DNA of 64,000 nucleotides from Kudoa neothunni (lineage: Eukaryota; Animalia; Cnidaria). The notes beneath the pieces were generated by a model. It ran no database searches. It saw nothing but the letters and a program-made list of their open reading frames with translations, and was not told the origin of the DNA. A program made the translations under genes and the position numbers. This document shows, piece after piece, positions 26,656-40,548 of the stretch (position 1 is the first letter of the stretch; each line of letters opens with the position of its first letter). Location: the NCBI GenBank assembly GCA_964304625.1, contig OZ199840.1, forward strand, positions 8,847,106 to 8,911,105, in the 5' to 3' direction.

Positions 26656-28500
26656 TCAATAATTACAGTTGCGATCGCATAGCAACTTTCTTTTTATTGG
26701 AGTGTAGGATGTGAGTAGTTGAGCCAGATTTTCTTTGAATTCTACGTCGTTTGATTGGTTAGGATTGGGCGAGGATGAACCGGCGGGTAACCCACATTTT
26801 GATTTAGTGATGCTGTAGTCAACTAAAAGTTTTCTGTCGGTATTGTCTATTTTGGTAGAATTGGATTCAATCGAACTGAGCGGTAGCTGATTGGTTGTAT
26901 TGGTGGCAAGGGAAGACGTTGTGCTGAGATTGCTGCTACCACAACCTCCGATCAATCCCTCAATGCTATAGCTTTGATCGTCACTGTGTGTTGTGGCGTA
27001 ATAACGGCTACTATCAAATGATCGGTTGCTTTCACAGTTGAACCGATCTGTAGAAGAGCAAGCCAACGAGTCAAAATTTTGATTGAAATAAGACCGACAA
27101 CAATACAATTCTTCGACACGCTCAAATCCAGCAAATTCATACGAAAATCGTTTAGATCCATAATTCTTAGGGGTTCTAACTTTGTTCAATAGACCCAAGT
27201 AACAATAAACGATCCCAACATCATACAAACGACGAAGAATAGCTAGGCGAATTGTTATAGTCACCTTGGAATGTATTCCAAGTTACTTGAATTGATTTTT
27301 TCGTGAAAAATTCCAGGATACAATTTCATGGAGGCTTGCTCAATGTCGATAGGTTCATGCTATATGGAAAATGCACGAAAACTGATTACAAAAGGATATC
27401 GACAAATTTAAAAACATACAATGGACATCATAAGAGCTAGAAATCTTCGCGCCATATAACTTATGCTTTTGTCATCTCTGTTGTTGATATCTAATAATTT
27501 GTAGTAGTGGTAAATAGATAATAGAAAAAATAGTGGAATATATGAAAATCTACTGTAGTTGTTAGTGACCAAGCTGTTTAAACGATGCTTGATCTTCATC
27601 AGACAACGTGGGACCAATTTCAATCCACCCCAATAGCAACAACCACGACCTGCCTTTTTTATGAGATCCAGCCCAGCAAGTATATTTATAAGATCATAAA
27701 CACGTCGTCTCTCAATGTCTAGAGATAGAAGCATTAACCCTCGATTTCACCTAAGCACAAAGTCACTTAAATCCTGCGATAACACATTGGGGCAAATAGG
27801 TTGGTCTGAAGATTCAAATGTGTATTGTTTTAGAAACATTTCACATAAAGCAATCATAGAACGGCTTGGTTTGGATGGTGTTTCACTTGGCTCCTGCCTG
27901 GCTACAACAGAGCTACTAGTGAAGGATTCATTTTCTGCGTTGCCGATGAAAGAAGGTAATGGCGATATACTATCGATAGAAGGTTGTTCGTTGGAAAGTG
28001 AACAAGAAGGCAGTGAGTATGTGTGAGACCAATTCAATGAGAGGTTGTTTTGGTTGTCAGCAAACGTGGAGACTAATGGCTCAACCCCCTTGGGGTCGGA
28101 TTTAAAATTGGCGGCAAAATAGGAGCTATCCATCGAATTGGATTTTATATCTACAACAAATTGTCAGAACTCCTACCAAACATAGAGTCAACTGATTGTA
28201 ACCTGTAAAATCACAATAGCCGCCGAATCTTTTGTGACTCATAGCGGAGACACTACCACCGCCATTCTGATTTATAACACGAGAATATCCATTTGGATTC
28301 ATGCCATGAAAATATTTAGGTATTTTATTCAAATAGTTATCACAATTGATTGCTACATTCTTATTGGAAATTTGAAATCCATTGGAATCATAATCAACAT
28401 TGTAGAAATCACTGAGTTGCTGATTGGGGTGGCACTGAGGCGCGCGTAATTGAGACGACGGGATAGTGGCGACTTTTTTGGGTTGATTATAGTTCTCCAT
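26656..28500 (-). CDS. Atypical E2F transcription factor (E2F7/E2F8-like, two DNA-binding domains), 6 exons
   Basis: DBD1 SMIALCEMFL...NIERRRVYDLINILAGLDLIKKAGRGCCYWGG; DBD2 KSISYMARRFL...ILRRLYDVGIV. Introns at 28202-28151, 27766-27719, 27553-27491, 27419-27360 and 27286-27243. Confidence 0.88.
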
Positions 28501-31500
28501 AAGCGGCTATTCCTCTAAATATGTCTTGTACGGATGCTGGAGTTATTGATATCGCTATTAAATATCAAAATGATTCGTTGTTGATTTTGGTCACTTGGCG
28601 GCCAGTCACTTTACTAGCAAACTAACGAATGGACTCGCGCTCAGGATTATCATTGGAATCAAAATTTAATCAAATCCAGGATTATTACTGAACAATATTG
28701 TAGGTTAGGTTATGATAAGGGTGGTGCCTTGTAGATGAATGAATTCTGAGATTTTTTTCGTGGCAAAAATTAGATAATTTATGTGGACTGTGGGAGGCTG
28801 CATCAATATTGTTCTGTGTTTCAATTAGAAACTCATTAAAATGCTCTTATCTAAAGAGGTGTCGTTATTTCTTAAAAATAATCATATAGCAATGATTCCA
28901 CAGTGTACAATGGTGGATAACGTGATCCGCGCCATAATTATCACGAGTATAATCCTTTTAGTTAGCGTGTAGTTTCTTAACCAATAGCGCTTCTATCCAC
29001 ACTGCAATGTAAATAAGGCGTTATCCACTTTATACAAATTCACGCACTCTGTGCTTTATAGTAATTTCAGAAATCCTTATCTTGTGTTATATACAGGTGG
29101 TAAAAAATAGCTATCTAATCATTCAAATTAATATCCACCTATTTAATCTGAAAATAATAATGCCGTACTGCTGATCTGCTGGAATGGAGATTTGAAAACT
29201 GCCGCTCAAAGCTGCGAAGGATAAAAGTGTGAATGTGGCGGTAAATACACTCGACCAATCCCAATCAGGTCCCTTTCTATTGTTGATAAGCCTCTCTATT
29301 TCAGATTCCGACTGATCATTTACGATTAATTTGTTGAGCCACAGAGAAAATGATTTATTTATTTATTCAACTTGTAGCCAAATACTTTGCTTCACGCAGC
29401 TAAAAACTATCTTCATCTTTATTGTCTTTTAAATTTCTACTGCCCATAGAATCACAAGATTCTCATTCGGTTGGCTTTTTTTACAGATATTAAATACTTG
29501 AAGTTGCAATGAAAAATTCGCTCAATTTTAATCTTTTTACGACCCCTTAGATGACAGTCAGTTTGTTGTCACCAGCGACGGATTAAGCTCACTGGGGATT
29601 ATTTTTAGTTTGTAGCTAGTTTTAGAGATAAAATTCAGCGATTCACGTCACATTGATGTATTGCGTTGTTTTTCTTTCGAAGAACAACATTTAATTCGTA
29701 TTATGTAGATGACATAAACAAATATTTTCTTCTGTTTCTTAATTAACCACTAATTCGAATGGTAATATTAGTGATTTAATCCTAACATGTACCAATAAAA
29801 TGAATTAGTTCTAATTTAAGCTCAAAAAACAACAATTTGTGTTCACTTTAAATTTGGATGCGTGCGTCATTACGTGGAACCATAACTAAATCATTATGCG
29901 CGGCGGAAACAGCGCATTATGTATGAGTAATGTTTATGCGCGGAATTATAAAAAAAGACGTTTCATAATATATTTTGTTATGTATAGAATAAATTGACTT
30001 GTCAATTAACTCAAAATATTTCTTATTATTTTTTGGATTTTTCCTCAAAAACTTTATAGTTCTAATTCTAATTTTGTTATTTCATTTAATTTGATGTATT
30101 ATTTTTTTTTGAATTTTCTAATGGAATTTCATTCTGCAATAAATTCATTCGGATAAATAAGAGTAATAAATTCATTGGCATTGGTTTTTGAAGCTCTTTT
30201 GGTGGAAAATCTAGGAGACAAAATATCAATGTGCTTGATTTTATATAAAAATTTCAATTATAACCCTTAACTGGTAACATGAGTTTCCACAAGTCCATTG
30301 ACGCAATAAATTCGCAAAAGTCTATTTTTGTGTATCTATATTACCGAAAAATTTGTAATAGATTATTTTTTAATTTTAAGTCATATTTTATTAATATTTA
30401 ATATTTTAAACTAGAGTGACGATTAAAATTAATCACAAAATTACGTAAGCTTACTTTAATGTAGAAGCTGAGTTCTTCATATGAACCCTTTCTTCGGAAA
30501 CTGAGAGTGTGTCTAAGAAAGATTTAGATAAATATTTATGCAATGATTATTGTTTAGACAATGAAATAAGTGCTGATTGAGAAGGGTGATTAACAAATTT
30601 TATTTAGACAATATTTAATTTATTTTTAGTTAAACTAGAAACGGCGATTGGATGACTATCAAGAAAGATAAATCTGTTGTTTGTCAATTACAACAAAAAA
30701 TTTGAAGATTTCAATGATAAGCTCTCTTTTTATGTGTGCTTAATTGTAGCAACGTTTTTGATGACTAAACACCCAAATAATTCAATTAATCTATATAACG
30801 AGAAATACACAAAATTCATTTTTCAGCTAACCTGAGAGTAACTCTGCGGCTATTGATTATAAACAAAGACCCAACCAATCGTACTTTTTTAAAAATATAA
30901 AACTTAAACAAATATTTTTTACTTTAGAAGATAATAAAAAAATATTATTATCGTTCACTTTAATATATATAACTGTAAGTACGTGTTTTAGATTAAAGGA
31001 AATGCAATTATTTGGAAATAATCGCTATCATGAACAGTTGAGTTGCAAATATAAAATACTTCCGTATCCTAACTATAACTCAACTTAGCATAATTTGGAA
31101 ATGCCTCAGTGTGTGGCAGTTGAACAGCATCATCCATTGTCTTACGCATTTTTTATCTTGTTGATAATTATAACAAAAAAACAATTTCCAATAGAAACTA
31201 CTCTTCAACAAATCTTAATATTAATGATGTTTAACGTAACATTGATATCTCGTTTTCACATAAGTAAGTCATAATGTGCTAATTTGATATTTTTAAATTT
31301 GATTAAAGTGTTTAATTAAATAAACGATAAATGCTGAAGATCACGTGACCGGGGTGACTTTGTTAACCGTAGTTTATTTTAATACTTAAAAAATCATACT
31401 TTATAAAATTATTAAACTACGTTAAATTGTCAAAATTTAATATTTAATTCCTTAAAATTTACCAAATTTCGTATAATTTCCCACGATCAATTTATAAATA

Positions 31501-32161
31501 CAGTCAGTGACCGGTTTCACGCACTTTTTAGCCCCGCATATAATAATATACGTTCCTATTTAGTATAATTGAATTGCATACATTTAAGAAAAAAATAGTT
31601 TTTTTCATTTAGAAATAAAATAATTAATTGTTTTGGTCATCAAAAATATGCCAAAATATTTGAAATATAAATTTCTCCATTGCGATCATGAACGATCGAT
31701 CGATCTTTTTTTGTAAAACTTGGATAATTTTTTAATTCATTTTAATAAATTCGCAAATAAAGACAGTAATCGATTTGTGTTCAAACATTTAAAAAATTTG
31801 ATTTATGGTTTTTTAAGGTGCCATAGGGGTTGGATATGGAGGATATATCTGGTGATATATAGTAACAAATTTGGCTGCTTTTGGGAAATATTGTGGACGT
31901 ATTTGATTATTTCATGTTTCGATTTGATTTTTTCGAACATTAAACAAAGTTCATCTATTTTTTCAAAAAGTTCCTAAAAAAGTGCGTATAACCAACAACT
32001 CACGTGACCAACAATCTAGAAATTTAGCCACCTTATTATATTATTTAGATCCAAATTCTTTAATAAAACATTAAAAAAATATTATATATTGATTGTACAT
32101 TTGATTATTCAAATTGTGTTTCTGTTTAAAAAGGGCGTAAAACCGGTCACTGCACTGACTG
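31501..32161. mobile_element. Tc1/mariner-type MITE (661 bp)
   Basis: TA|CAGTCAGTGACCGGTTTCACGCACTTTTT ... AAAAAGGGCGTAAAACCGGTCACTGCACTGACTG|TA, with TA target duplication. The right TIR carries a 5-bp duplication. Confidence 0.85.
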
Positions 32162-33253
32162 TATAACGTTAATAAATGAGAACGTTTTAACGATAATTGA
32201 ATTGATTTATACTACGTACATATTGTATTATTTATATGTGCCAAACTTGCAAAAAATATACGAACAGATAATCTGTAATGTGTTTGATAACTTTATCTAT
32301 TTTGAAAAAATTTCTCTACATGTTTAATTTGGATGTAATTTTTATAATAATAGTCACAATCATGATATACTTATATACAAAATTTGTTTCACATTATCTC
32401 TATATGCTGTCACTTAAAACTAGGGAATAAAGTCTTAAAAATTTTATATTTGATAATTTGTTGAGATAATACGTGTATAACCTTTTTATTACAAACGAAA
32501 AATCGTCATAAAAATTTTACAAACCAAGTAAGCTAGTATTAAATTTTTTCATGTATTTAAAGTCTTTTTAAATTCCTTATAAATAAAAATACAAATATTT
32601 TTGGTCGATAAAGTGAAGTAACTATATTTGTTCGTCTAATCCTCCTGGAAATGAAAAATTTTTTTCAAAGGAGATTATTGATGATACATATTAGTTAAAA
32701 TTGTTTAAAAATAAAAGACTTTTTAGCGTTAATCCTAATACGGCGGAAGGTCACGTGACTCAACGTTGTTCGAACGGGGGTTTGGTAAGAATTTATATAA
32801 TCGTTATACATAAATTTAGACATACAGTAAGTACTCAATATAGGGAGGTTGTTTGGGGAATGCAATTTAACACGCAATATTAATATTAAATTTTGTTGAC
32901 GAAATAGTTATATATTTTAATTTTTCTGCGTTTTGAATATTTCTTATAAAGATCCATAACAGGATGTAGAGAGCAAGGAAGAAAGCTTTTCTAATTGTGT
33001 TATTATTCTCAGATTAATTGTCTTAAACAGTTTCGGCCTCTTCCATATTATCAACATCATTGAGATCATCTAAAATAATCGAAGCAAACAAGACCCAATT
33101 AGTAGCGTCATAATTACATACTTTTCATAATTAGAATCAATGAACGATTTATTATTATTATTATATGTATTAAATATCTTTAATCGAATAAATCACAATT
33201 ACCGAAAATAGGAGAATTATTGAAATCATCTATATATTATCTATTATATAAAT

Positions 33254-34215
33254 CAGGGGTGACCAGACATGCCCAGATCGGGAGCCAACTTTAAGGTTGC
33301 GCACATTTCAAGAGCCACAAGGCATTAAAATCATTTACGTGCCTCTTTCTTATTTAAAACTTACATTTTTAGAATATTTTTATTAATCATTTAATCGCTA
33401 GAAAACTTACATTTAATGTTTACAGGTATAATTTATCATGGTTTTCCAAAAAAAAGTAAATTACTAGTTAACTATCCAACACACTTTTTCTCTATGAAAA
33501 GGGTAGCAAAAGTAATAAAGTATTTTTCATGTTTAATCATGTATCCATGTCTGACAAAAAATAAAATAAAATTTATACTAATAAAGTAATAACACCAGAA
33601 ATTATCGCTTTCGAAATAATTTAAAAATTTTTTTATTAGAATGTAACAAGTTTTCTATGTTTCCATATTATCAGTGAGCTGACTGTTATCCGGTTCGTAT
33701 GCTGTTAACGCTGTACAAATTAGTTCCGTCAGGTGTTTGTTTGTTTGTTGCTTTGTGAAGGATCCGCGATGTTTCGATTTTACAAACTCTATTGTTGAAT
33801 AAATAAAATCACAACAATAAGTTGTTCCAAGGATAGGAACAAGTTTAAGGGCAACTTTCTTTTAATTTTAAATATTTAGTTTCTAGAACGTATTTCCAAA
33901 ATCGCTTGATGAGTTGGAATAATGAATCAACTTTAAAGCTATAACGCGTGTTTTATTCTTTCGATATCCTATCACTTTGGTAATGGGATAAACACTAGTC
34001 CTAATTGTATTTCCTAATGAAACTAGTTATAATTCTAGTTTGCATCAAATATTAAAATTATATGGTAGTTGGTAACTATATTTTCTAATCAAAAATATTA
34101 TCTAATTTACGATTATAGAGTTTAAACTTTGTACTTTTGTGAATAAACATTCTGATGAATTAAAAAAATTAAACTAACAAAAATTTTTTCAAGAGCCACG
34201 GTTTGGCCACTTTTG
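33254..34215 (-). mobile_element. hAT (Charlie/GTF2IRD2-type) internal-deletion derivative
   Basis: Ends CAGGGGTGACCA...TTTGGCCACTTTTG; near-identical 8-bp TSD ATATAAAT/ATATACAT. Minus-strand remnant LGTTYCCDFIYSTIEFVKSKHRG...HLTELICTALTAYEPD of the hAT dimerisation domain. Confidence 0.85.
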
Positions 34216-35848
34216 ATATACATAAAGCTGAAGTGTTCGTGTGTGTGTGTGTGTGTCAGCAAGTACACATGTGCGTCAAAATTCTTTCCTTATAGAGAGA
34301 CATTTATGGTTTTTTTTTAAATCGTTTTCACACTACAAAATATGCCCCAAGTTATTTGGAAAAGAGTGATTTTGTCGATTCAAAGTTTATTTACCAGATT
34401 ACTTGAGTTCAACAATAGGATTAACACCTGCTTATGTCATGTTGAAGGACAGTTGAAGTTAACCTTCCTCCTTATATACTTTATCAAATTTAAATTAAGC
34501 GATGTCATCTATCTTTATATATAAGGTTGGCGTTTGCGCAAATACACTCTTTATCTGTGGAGTTTTAACGTATTTGACTTGATAAACACATTTTGAAAGT
34601 TTTAGATACGATAAAAATCTATATATGTTTCGTAAATAACGAGTTAGTGGAGAACGTTAAAATTACATAGATTAAAGCATTATAATGGAAATACTGCGTC
34701 CTTAGATTTCATTGAAATCGTCCGCCAAGTTTAACTTTCCGTGATCAAATTCAATGCAGATGGTTGTACTTTTATTTCACCCACTTATTTAGATTGTTTC
34801 TATTGAAGTTGATGCGATTTGTGGTTGTTTATGGGAAAAAGCACATTAAGTCTATGCCGGGCCAAGAGAATAATTTGAATAATAAAAATCGATTTTCTTC
34901 TATCTCTATATTTTGTTCCATTTATTTGTCTCCCGTAATCAATGGTGCACAAACTTCCTGAGCCAGCCAAAAATAACGTTTTAGATAACACTTTAATGTA
35001 ATATAAATAATTAGGGAAAGCAGACAAATACGACACTGATAATAAATTATTTAGCATTGGTGCCGGGTCACTAAATTTTTATTAAATGAACGATGGGATT
35101 GATACTTTCCTTCACAGAAATGATCATAATTTAAATTTCGCTACTCAAAATCGTTGAAAGTATGCCACTTAAAAATTTTTAGTTATTTTGCATCTATGGG
35201 TTAATTTGAAACTTAAATATATTTTTTGAATATTACTAAGAAACGTATCTATGCGAAATCTTCCCCAAGCATTTCTTAGAATATTTAAACAAAATTATAT
35301 AGTGTATTTGAACTATTTGTGCATAATTAGCTTTGAGACTATGAGTAATACCGAGTTCCATTGGCTGCACGATGTTGGTTGCAATTTTTTGGAGAAAAAT
35401 TCATTTGATATTTTTAAATGAATTTATTATCTACGTCTTTTAGTATCACATAAAAAATGGTTGTAGATATTCAGTAATTTTATTGAAAATTACCAACAAC
35501 ATAAAGCCTTAGTTTTTCGACGTAAAATGGTGTAGTTACCAAAATGGAACTTTTTGTTTATTTTTTACAATCTCTATTTTAGATTTCCTTTTTAATGTGT
35601 ATGTACACTGGGAGAGTTTTTCGCAAAAAAAAAAAAAAATTTTTTTTCAGGACTAAAATTATTTTTACGACTGCAACTACTTATTTCCTCTGAAATTTTT
35701 TCAATCCATTCATTAACTGAAATATCAACATTAGCTGCCAATTTGCCGAGCCTGCTGTTATTTAAACTCGACCGCTTTTGAATTTACAAAACCACCCATT
35801 ATTAAAATGAAATTTTTTGATTTGAAACATGATTGCTCAATAATTTCC

Positions 35849-35910
35849 TTATTTTAATTTAGAATTATTTTAATTTAGAATTATTTCAATTTAGAATTAT
35901 TTCAATTAAA
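35849..35910 (+). repeat. Tandem 16-mer (TTATTTYAATTTAGAA), about 4 copies
   Basis: Directly visible tandem units. Confidence 0.85.
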
Positions 35911-38191
35911 TTATTTTTTTTCTCGCATGCTAACAATCTAATTATACAACTCACTCTCAATCTGGGTGTATTTTACATGAGAGATTCGTATTCAATCAAT
36001 CGGAATGTTTGCACACACCAAATAGTTTTTATGATAATATCATAGAGAGAGAGAGAGGTGAATAACCAATTCTTATTTCACAAAAAACTAAAATCTAGTC
36101 AATACTTTTTAAGGTTAAAACGTTCATTATCCTCATATTGACATCCGATATTGCTTAAATCAATTCGCAATGTTGGATTATTTCGTCTACATTTCTCTGA
36201 GATATTCCTAACATTATTTTTTAATAAGAAAAATATAGGACTAATCTGCTTTTTTTACTAAAAAAGCCACGCGATAGCGAGGCGATCGAATTCTATAATT
36301 TAGAATTTGATTTACTCAAAAATTGAATATAGTATTTTAAGAATTGTAAAAGTTCAAATTACAGAATTTGACGACAACAAATAATTACGCTATATCGAGA
36401 GCTTACTATAATTTCTAATATTTCGACTTTTAAATACATAGACGGCCTAATTACTCACATTAAGGTAGGTATTAAATAACCTAACCGAAAGAAATATGAA
36501 AGATAATAATTCTAATATATTGATATGACATTAAAGAAAATTGATCTAAGAAAATGAGAGTAATCAAATAATAAATTTTATTGTAATTCGCACGCGCGTC
36601 GGTTCTACATTAATTCTAATTTCATCTCGAATTAAATCTCAACCAGCTGTCCTCAAATATGTTTAATTATTCGTTTTAAGATTTGAAAAATATAGATCGA
36701 ATTCAATGACAATAAACGCAATGGAAGATTATCACCAAATTTTCTATCGAATTTCAGCAAAGATACGCTGATAACGGAAAAGCATGAGTGTTTAGCACTC
36801 TACGTTGTTACAATGTAACTTACCCAACTCATGGATTGGATGATTAATTTTTGAATGAATCAAATTTGTTGAATGCAAAAATTATTAGCACAGTACATTT
36901 TAATCTTAAATTACACGCGCACAACAATAATTTTTAATCCCAACAATTCTTACTCAAAAGTTGTATAAGTATTTAATTATTTTTTAGCCACCGCGTCAAT
37001 ATTAGGCATTAAAAATACTTCAATATCGTCAAAAGTAAAGACACCTCAATATTATTTACCATTGCAATAGTCGGTTCCTTTCTTAAATTTTGAATCATTG
37101 AAAAAGACATCAAAATATTATTTTATAACAAACTCGATGTAATATGATTTAACGTGATCTTTTATCTTTCTTTTTAGCGGAATATGCGAAAATAGCAACT
37201 TAATCCGAAAATTGCCGAACACACGTTACGAGGATTAATTGATATAGTTGTTAACGTTGGCCTAGAATATCTGATTGCTCCAACCGATTTCATATAATAA
37301 TTTACCATCTAAAAATTTCCTGCACACAACTACTGTAAAGTTATTTAATTAAAATCAGCGAAATTTGACCACCTAATTCCAACCTAATTAAGTCAGATTT
37401 ATTCTGTCAAATGTGGCTTTATTAATTTCAAGTTATACAAACATAAAATTAGAGATTTAGTGACTGGCTAAACCGGTTTCGGTTGTAAGCACAGTAAAAT
37501 CGTTAAAGTGGATTAATGGTTGGAACGTGTCACATTTTGGCTGCAAATTAATAACATCGAATAATTAAAGTAAATATTGCATCGATAACAGAACCTAATT
37601 TTTAATATTCAAATTGATATTAGGTGTCCAAAAGTTTTATTATACGTCTATTAGAGGATTAATTAGATTTATGCTAACAACACAATAAAAAAATTAATTT
37701 ACATAAAAAAATTTATATATTGTTGTGAATTTTTTGTTGCCTATTGGATACGAATGATATTTATATAGAAAATATCAATTCATTATCACCAATTGAAGAT
37801 AACACAATTGGATTATATTTTATTTGGAAAATATTACCATCAACCTGTGGTTAATGTAAACTACTTGTTAATCATTAAAAAATATATTGATTTACCAACG
37901 AGTATTATCAGTTACTACTTGTTGATACGAATTGAAAAGAATACATATAATATTCAGTAATATTTTTAACTAAAGCCTAATCACCGACATCTTATCCCTC
38001 TCCTAATAATGACCACGAGAAATGAGTGATTGTATTGAGTAATTCTCCTGTGGTTGGGGAAAAATTCGAAACCGATATTTTTTCAACAATTAAGTTGTTA
38101 TCGCTCACCAATAAAAAGTTGATACCACCTCAAACTACAAATATAATTATTACGCCTATGTTCGGATCAACTCGTTAAAGTGTCATAAAGT

Positions 38192-40516
38192 ATGGAGTTC
38201 TCCGGTTTTCGATTGGATCCACAAACATTGAACGAAGTGCTTGATTTGCTGGATGCTTGTTTTTCGCCACAAAAAGCGATGCTCCCTGATTTTCAACAGG
38301 TACGCCAATTTCACTCAACCAATACACACCACGGATGATAGGTTAATTATCGTTATTGTTATTATTGATAGATGTGTGTATTGGGAGATTGTTGTTATTA
38401 TTATTATTATTGTTGTTGTTGTTGTTGTTCGAGTGTGACAGCGGGGATGATCTCTAATTGTGCTTATCTAATTGTAGAAATTATCCCACATGGAAACCCT
38501 ACACAACAATGTGGAATTTAATTTCTATGTGTTGTATATATTGTCTGGAGGAAAACCAGCACCCAATTCCAACAACACCACCACCACCACAAATAACAAT
38601 CAAATACGTAAATAATTAATTCCACATTAATTCAATGCCATTGTATTTTTTCAATATCAATTGATTTTATTCCCCCAGCTGTACATATAAGAAAAGCTGC
38701 TGGTCTTTTGATAAAAAACAATATCCGTAAATTGTACAAAAATTTCCCACCAACTCTGATCTATTATATGCGTCAAAATTTGCTGCCATTATTGGCCGAT
38801 GATGAGCTTCAAATATGTAAAACTGCTGCCAATATTATTTCTTTTCTGGCATTGGAATCTGGATACGATTGGCCGGATTTGTTGCCAACGCTTTTCGGCA
38901 TGATTGATCCGAAAAATGAAAATAGCATGCAGGTTCAATGAGGATTGTTGTTTCGAGGTGGTAATGATAGTTGTTTAGGCAATTTTCGCCACGCTTTCCA
39001 ATATATGCGAGGATATCTCTATGAATTTAAATGTGAACGAGCTCAACCCCAACCATCCACATATGCAATTGTTGTTATTTCTAATTGACAAGTTGTTGGC
39101 GGTAATTCAAAACCTGCAGCTCCCCACTTATCAGTAAGTTATTTTTAAGATGCTGCGCGCGACTTCGGCACATTTCATTGTTCCACTGTTTCGCAGCGGA
39201 TAGAATTTCATTTATTTTCATGTGCATTTGCGCATGCGTATTTTATTTCTAACAATATCCAGGTCGTTTATAACTCAAAATTAAATTGGATCTAGTTGTA
39301 TTCATTACAAAATTGATGGATATTTGTGTAATTGATATTACACTACAATTTTTAGTAATATCTCGAAATAAAAAAAATTAATTTTCTCGCAAAAAATGAG
39401 TTTCAGTAATATTTTAAAATTCAACTCAAAGGTTAAATTTTAAGAGTGATTAGTAGTAGCGTTTGGCTTCCCAAAAAATCTCTTTTGTCAAATTATCTCG
39501 ACCATTGCTTTTTGAGCTGTGCGTGTGAAAATTAACTATTGAAAGCTTTAAAAGATTCCAAAGAATTTTATTTTGGAGGGTAGAATGAATTGTGGGTCGC
39601 GCGAAAATAGACAGAAAAATAAAAAATTAAGTTGTACTGTATAACTTATGCAGTAGGGGGCGTCCAATGAGACTGCCGGAAGAAAATTCGATAGGATTAT
39701 CAAAATGGCAAAGAGTTTTATTTTAAACGCGTTTTCTAATTACTGTCGTCAATCGAATCGTCTTAATCATCTGCTAAGAAGTTTGATCTATTTTTCAAGC
39801 GCTCAAAGTATCGTTGTTATTATTTCTTCTTCTGATCAACTGCTTTGAGATAAATTTATATTTTACGATTTCCGCCTTTAATGAATAAATTCGTTCAATA
39901 TTTACGGTAGTTGGAATTTCTGTGCTTACCATCTTGATCAAGCCTAACTTTAAAAGCTTCTACTTTTAATTTATCTTGATTGAAACACACATTTTACAAA
40001 GCTTTTTTAATTAATTTTTTAATTTTTATGCATAAATTAAAATAATATACACCAATAACTTCAAAATATGTTATTAGAAAAAATAAAAATTTCTAGACAG
40101 CGTTGATATGTACAAATACAACCACAGAATAATAAGAATAATTGATTAAACAACAATTATCTAAGGACCGGAAAACAGCGGGTTGTCGACGACCGTGATA
40201 TCTTTTGAAACAATATATGTGATTATTATACCTAATTCTTAAACTTATTATTTATAAAATTGCCTTAAAGAATTCAATAATCTAAAATTTTTGTGAATAA
40301 AAAAAACCCAAGGTCACCCTTCCCCTACTCGTAGGCACTTGCACTTGTCATGACTTAATAGCTTATACAATTCTGTTACTAATTGAAGTGGTTTAAATAA
40401 ATGCATAATAATTATAACAAATTATTAAAACCTTAGCTTTTGTTTTAATTCGCTGTAAATTAGAATTAACTCAAATTTACGACTCATGGGAATTTAACTT
40501 AAGAATAAAGTTGCCC

Positions 40517-40548
<32 letters not shown>

